A stretch of 64,000 nucleotides of DNA, from the NCBI RefSeq assembly GCF_009914755.1, contig NC_060928.1; one strand, given 5' to 3'. This stretch comes from the human T2T-CHM13v2.0 reference genome, Homo sapiens. A program made the position numbers and the translations under genes. The notes under the pieces are model-generated. The model had not been told where the DNA came from and did no database searches. It saw only the letters and a list, made by a program, of their open reading frames with translations. Positions 58,193-64,000 of the stretch are shown one piece after another (positions within the stretch are counted from its first letter, which is position 1; the number at the start of each line of letters is the position of its first letter).

Positions 58193-59994
58193 CTTCCCCA
58201 CCAAACTTCTGAAGAGCACTTTCTATAAGTCAAAAGTAAGGCAGTCTTAGTTTTATTCTCTATATTTGATGTTTGGTGCACTGCAAAAGATGGCATAGCT
58301 TAGTAGGATGTTATTTTATTTCAGTTGCAAGATAGGAAGGGCATTGATAATTGTAGAAATGGGGAGGGGTTACATATATGAGTCTGAGGCTGTATATTTA
58401 GTCTTCTGAGCTTTGGAAATAGAGATGATTTTTTTTCAGTCTTAGCAAAGGAAGTATTTTAAAATTTCAGAAACAATCAGGCTATTAATAAAGTATGTTT
58501 AAGTGGTAGAGAGAGCAATGCACTAAGAATAATGATTTTTTAAAAATCTTGATTCTGCTAGTAACTTGCTGAGCCTGGACAAGTCCCTTAATGTTTCTGA
58601 ACCTCTGTCTTCTTACTTATAAAATGATATTTCTATATAACTTAAAAGGTCCCTTCCAGACCTAAAATTCTGTGACTCTGATTTTTCTCTATGCTCATAA
58701 TGATTCTTTGCTTACTTCCACAGAGTATGAAGGTAACAGGTATCCCTTATCAATGAAAATTACCTTTAAAAGTATAAAGCAGCAAACTGTGTTGCAAAGG
58801 GAAGGTATGGAAATGAGCTGTGAATCTTGAACCTAATGGGGTTGCCTGTAGCTCATTCTCTTTGATGTGCGCTACCTGCAGTGTTCACTCCTGGTGTGCT
58901 GTGATTCTGGAAGAGAGGCACTAGGTCTTGAATGTGTAGTTTTTGACAGCCTGTTTCTAGATGGGACACACATCTAGACACACATCATTTCAATGGTGAC
59001 CTTCAAGGGCAATGATGCCCCAGCCTTCAATGTGTAACTCTTAGGTAACACTAAAATTGGAACTTGGCAATCATATAGGAAAAGAGGATAATGTCATGTT
59101 AGGCCTAAATAGGGTATTTTGGGGATGGAAAACATCAAAGTCTATACTCTACCCAAGTATAGATTTTGGTAAATGGATTTTAGACAGATTGTTTTTCAAG
59201 CTCTGTTATGTCTCCTTAGACTTTTTCACTTTTTGTAGTAATCACTTTTTTCTGATGTTTACAATATTCTGTTATAAATGGGGCTTACCATCTGCCATTA
59301 AGGAAAGTATAAAAATCAGGCTGTGCCAGTCTTTTTCTCTCCATAAAGTAATTTCCATCAGACCTCATTTTCCTCTGCTTTAGTCTCTTCTGCGAATGTG
59401 GTAGTGATCTTAAGTTATATAGCTTGTAAGGTGAGGCACATTACAGATACAAATCTGAGGATTTAGCTGGGCAAGGGAGGGAGAGAAATGGTAAGAAGGG
59501 AGGTAGAGGAGTTTATTGATTACTCATGTAATGCTTCATTGTGAGTAAAGAAAAGCAGATTGGTCATCTATAATAAAATGTAGCCCAAATGGCATTTGCA
59601 CAGTTGTAAGGTTTATTTCACAGCAAATCAGTATGCCTATTAGCATTTCACACATATCCCTGTCTCTCTGTCAAGAATGTTTGCAGATTCTTTGTTGTTC
59701 ATGCTTAAAGGCACTTTTTATCTTCTGTTGTCTTGCTAATGGACCTCCTCTTGAAAAACAACTCTTCCTGTCTACACAGATGAATCTCTTCATGACTACT
59801 GTGTTTCAGTTTTTGATTAGCTCCTTGGGAATCACAGTTTCTGTTAGGATGAGCAGAAAGAATAAGATGGGAGGCCGTAATTTAACATTGTAATTCAGGA
59901 TCAAAATCATAGGCTTTTGTGTGACTTTGAAGTCTTCCTGCTCCTTCTAAACAGAATTGCAGCTATAGCATCCCAGCTAGGTGTTTTTCACATC

Positions 59995-60105
59995 TCTTTT
60001 TCTTCCCTTCGTCTTCTTCTTTTACTTCCCTTTCTTCTTCCCCTCCCTCCCTTTTTTCCTTTTTTCCCTCCCTTCCTCCCTCCCTCCGTCCTTCCTTTCT
60101 TCTCT
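59995..60105. repeat. C/T-rich low-complexity tract
   Basis: ~110 nt polypyrimidine (cttc/cctc units). Confidence 0.85.
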
Positions 60106-60406
60106 GTATTTAAGTACTTGCAATAAAAACACTGACACTTGCCTGCATCTTGAAAACCCCAGATTCAGTTTCATCAACATCTGTTGAATGCCTATTATAT
60201 TCTTGATTCTGTCCTAGGCCTATTCCTATGCATTGTCTTATTTAATCCCCATAACAATTACTTGAAAAAGCTATTTCATTCCCATTCCATCGATGAAGAA
60301 ACTTTGGCCTGATTCATAGAGCTAGTATGTGGCAGAGGCTGAATGTGAAATTACATCTTCTGAATTCTTCCTTTACTGGGTAGAAACTCTGTTTCATATG
60401 GGAAGT

Positions 60407-60907
60407 TGTATTAGGGTTCTCCAGAGAAACAGAACCAAGAGGGTATATGGAGATATACATGTGCGTATATATATTTATTATAGGAATTGGCTGTTGTAAT
60501 TATGGAGGCTGAAAAGTCCCACAGTCTGCTGTCTGCAAGCTTGAGACCAGGGAAAGCCAGTGGTGTAATTCATTCTGAATCCAAAAGCCTGAGAATTGGG
60601 GGGCCAATGTCCTGGTGTGAGTCTGAAAGCCCAAGAACCAGGAGTGCTGATGTCTGAGAGCAGGAGAAGATGAATGCCCCAGCTTAAACACAAAGGTGAA
60701 TTCACCTTTCCGCCATCTTTTTGTTTGATTTTGTCCCTCACCAAATTGGATGATGTCCAAGCACATTGGTTGGGCAACCTTCTTTACTCAGTCTACTGAT
60801 TCAAATGCTGATCTCGTTCAGAAGAGGCAAACCTAGAAATAATGTTTTACCAGCTGTCTGGGCATTCCTTAGCCCAGTCAAGTTGACACATAAAATTAAT
60901 TGTCACA
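60407..60907 (-). mobile_element. MLT2-family (ERVL) solo LTR
   Basis: Termini tgtattagggttctccagagaaacagaacc and cccagtcaagttgacacataaaattaattgtcaca; TG...CA ends, 501 bp. Confidence 0.88.
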
Positions 60908-62439
60908 TAATTGCTGTTATAAAAGGAACTATACCTTAGTGTGGAAGTAAGCCAGCTATGATTAAGTGAGAACATGTGACCAAATTCTGGGTCCAGATTC
61001 TCAATGACTGATTCAGCCTTGGGCAAGGTTTTGACCTTTGTATTTTAGAATCTCTACTGATTAAAAAGAGATAGTAAAAGTTGTCTTAGAGGAGTCTTAA
61101 TCTATAGCTGTCTGTATTTACTGAAAAACCTTACTTTTACAAAATTTTAATTTTGTGGACAACTTGGAACTCTTTAGTTGGGAAATAAATTCCAGCATAG
61201 TTGTTTTAATAGCACTGCAATTAATAGAAGTTATATTATCTAAATCAATTGTTAACAAATATGCTCAGTTACTGGGCAGAATCTTATTTGATGGGAATAT
61301 CAATACATATTTGTTGAATACCTACTATGTGACTGACACCTTACATTCATGAGCTTATTTAACCCTTATCATTTCTGTGAGTTCTCAATTACTTGCCTCA
61401 AAGAATGAGGCTCAGAGGAATTAAATAATTTTTCCAAGGTCACATAACTAGTAGGTGGTGAAGTTGGGATTTGGATCTTTGAATGCACAAAAATAGCACA
61501 ATTATTACTAGTGTGGGATTTTCAGTTAGATTTAAGTTCCAGTTCTGTCTCTTACTAGCAGTGTAACCTTTGGTGATTGACTTAATCTATCTAAACCTTC
61601 ATTTTTAGATTGAGCTACTTAAGAGGTCTGTTCCATTCTAAAGATTCAATTGCAACTGTCCCTTTAGCATGGCCTGACACAGTGAGTGAGGTATGCAATG
61701 GCACCTGTTTATAAGGGTTTAGCATGTTAAATGAAAGATGAAGCATAAAGATGAAATGTGAGCATTTTTTTCATAATGTATGCTAAAATGTTAAATCATG
61801 CAGTTTTAGCAAAAGATACTAGTGTGATGCATGTGTTATATTAGACAGAACTTTGGAGTAGAGCTGGGATATGCAAAACCTTTCCCCATCTTTACCACTA
61901 GCACACTGTGAATCTCAGAGCATATTATTTCACTTCCGTGTCCTCTGTGTTTCATCTGTTCATGCATTCATAAAACATCTACAGAGAGACAGCAGTGTGT
62001 CCAGGCACACTGTACGAGGAATCTAGGAACTGGAAAAGGAGCTAACACGTGGCGTCTATTCCCGCATGGGCCAAGGAACTTATAGCCTAATGGGAGGAGA
62101 GACAGACATATGAAGATTTTATAATGCAGTGTGAAAAGTGGTATTACAGTGTTCAGAGCCAGGGGAGGTTTTATGGAAGAGCTGACAATTGAAGAAGCAA
62201 TGAAGATGAGAAGGCACTCTGCCTTATTTATCTTTATAGTAATATTTCCTAAAGCATTGAGTGCAGTGTCCAACACATAGTAGGCACTCAGTAGTGAATT
62301 GGATACTGATTTGCAAGCTGGACTTGTTTTCAACAACCATTCCTTCCTATGTTTCTTGTTATAGCTCCTCTACCTCTTTAGGGAGCTCCACAGGGACTCA
62401 GTTCAAGTCCCTAATTCTCTTAGTGACAGTACACCAGGG

Positions 62440-62977
<538 letters not shown>

Positions 62978-64000
62978 TTATTTTTCATTTTGATACATTT
63001 TATGCTGAGTTCATTTATTAGAGTGCCACTTCACAAATAACTCAGTTACCTGCAAAAATAGAATTTTTCTGATTGACAGTGATCAAAAAGAAAAGGTGAC
63101 TTATTTTAGGAAAGATGTTGCTTTTTCTTCGCCTGCTCTTGCTTTAAAGAATGGATCATAAGGTTCTGGTTAATGTCATAAGGAGCTCACATGTATTTTG
63201 CTAATTATAAGTCATGCTTCTCAGTGACCCTTTTAACTGTTAAAATGACCTCCAGATTCTGATTTTTCTTCACTCTTTATTAATGGTTAACAAACTGTTT
63301 AATGCGCGGTAGGAAAGCCAAGTAAGCCTGAAGCATTTAGAAAATGGCATGTGAATTAGTTGTAAACTGTTTCAGTAAACATTAAATGGGTGGCAATTAC
63401 TTAAAGTGATTGCCTAAGTTTCATTAAAGTATTTAAAAGAAAAAATATGTGCTTAATGCTGCCTTAATTATAAGGAACTTACTACAGTAGCTTCCATCTA
63501 GGGTTTACCAAATTAGCCTAATTCATAACCTCACCCAGGGCATTGTATGCACATGCATTTTATACACATTTCTGATTTCCCCCTTCACCCCATGCCTCAC
63601 TGAGACTCAGACCTGGTAATCTGTGTTTTTAATTATTTAAGGTGAATCGCTGATGAGACCTGGTTGGAAAACACAGGTGTTGTCTGGTTAAAAGCTTGGT
63701 TTTGATTTTGCATTCAACAATTCAAAAAGCTCTTAAAGATACTTCAGTATAACTGGTTACCAAGGGTTAATTGTGGTGAATATAGAATGAGAGTAGCTGA
63801 GGAAATGGAAGTCTGTGATTTTTGATTGCCTTGTTAAATCGTCAACAGCAGCAGCACCACCATCATTGATTGGGTTATGGCAGGAAATGCTATAGTTAGA
63901 TTTGCTACAAATTAGTTTAGATAGAGAGTATGGGTGAAAATAAGGTAATCTTTTCAGATGTTGTCTGATAAATGGAAGCAGTGCATTCATGAGCAGAGCT

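Larger units (their letters stand above)
55548..58214 (-). pseudogene. Processed pseudogene (retrocopy) of SLC35A4 mRNA: uORF, main ORF and 3' UTR
   Basis: Contiguous homology to both SLC35A4 products; AATAAA on minus strand (tttatt 55591-55596); decayed tail (T/TG run 55545-55559); flanking direct repeat AGCACTTT at 55540-55547 and 58215-58222; GC-richer than the surrounding intron. Confidence 0.93.

Noticed and set aside
58956-58978. TCTAGATG/CATCTAGA hairpin
   Set aside because: 8-bp stem, within chance.

Overview
Human-like (primate) genomic DNA from inside SLC4A4 (electrogenic Na+/HCO3- cotransporter NBCe1, + strand). The only host coding exon I can support is 180 nt (11476-11655) and encodes the basic N-terminal segment of the NBCe1-B/C-type variants. 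The rest is intron rich in Alu, L1, L2, MIR, Tigger2 and MLT2 relics and microsatellites. The best observations are retrotransposition products: (1) two independent L1PA insertions carrying 3'-transduced foreign DNA, each bounded by a perfect 16-17 bp target-site duplication (TSD) with a second AATAAA and poly(A) (19005-19385, minus; 47464-48364, plus); (2) a ~2.7 kb antisense processed pseudogene of SLC35A4 preserving the parent's two-ORF layout (microprotein uORF plus transporter ORF); (3) two strong local hairpins (48621-48711, 52253-52360). I see no convincing evidence of a wholly new biological system. Family, subfamily and gene calls are from recalled sequences, not database searches; repeat boundaries without TSDs are approximate.
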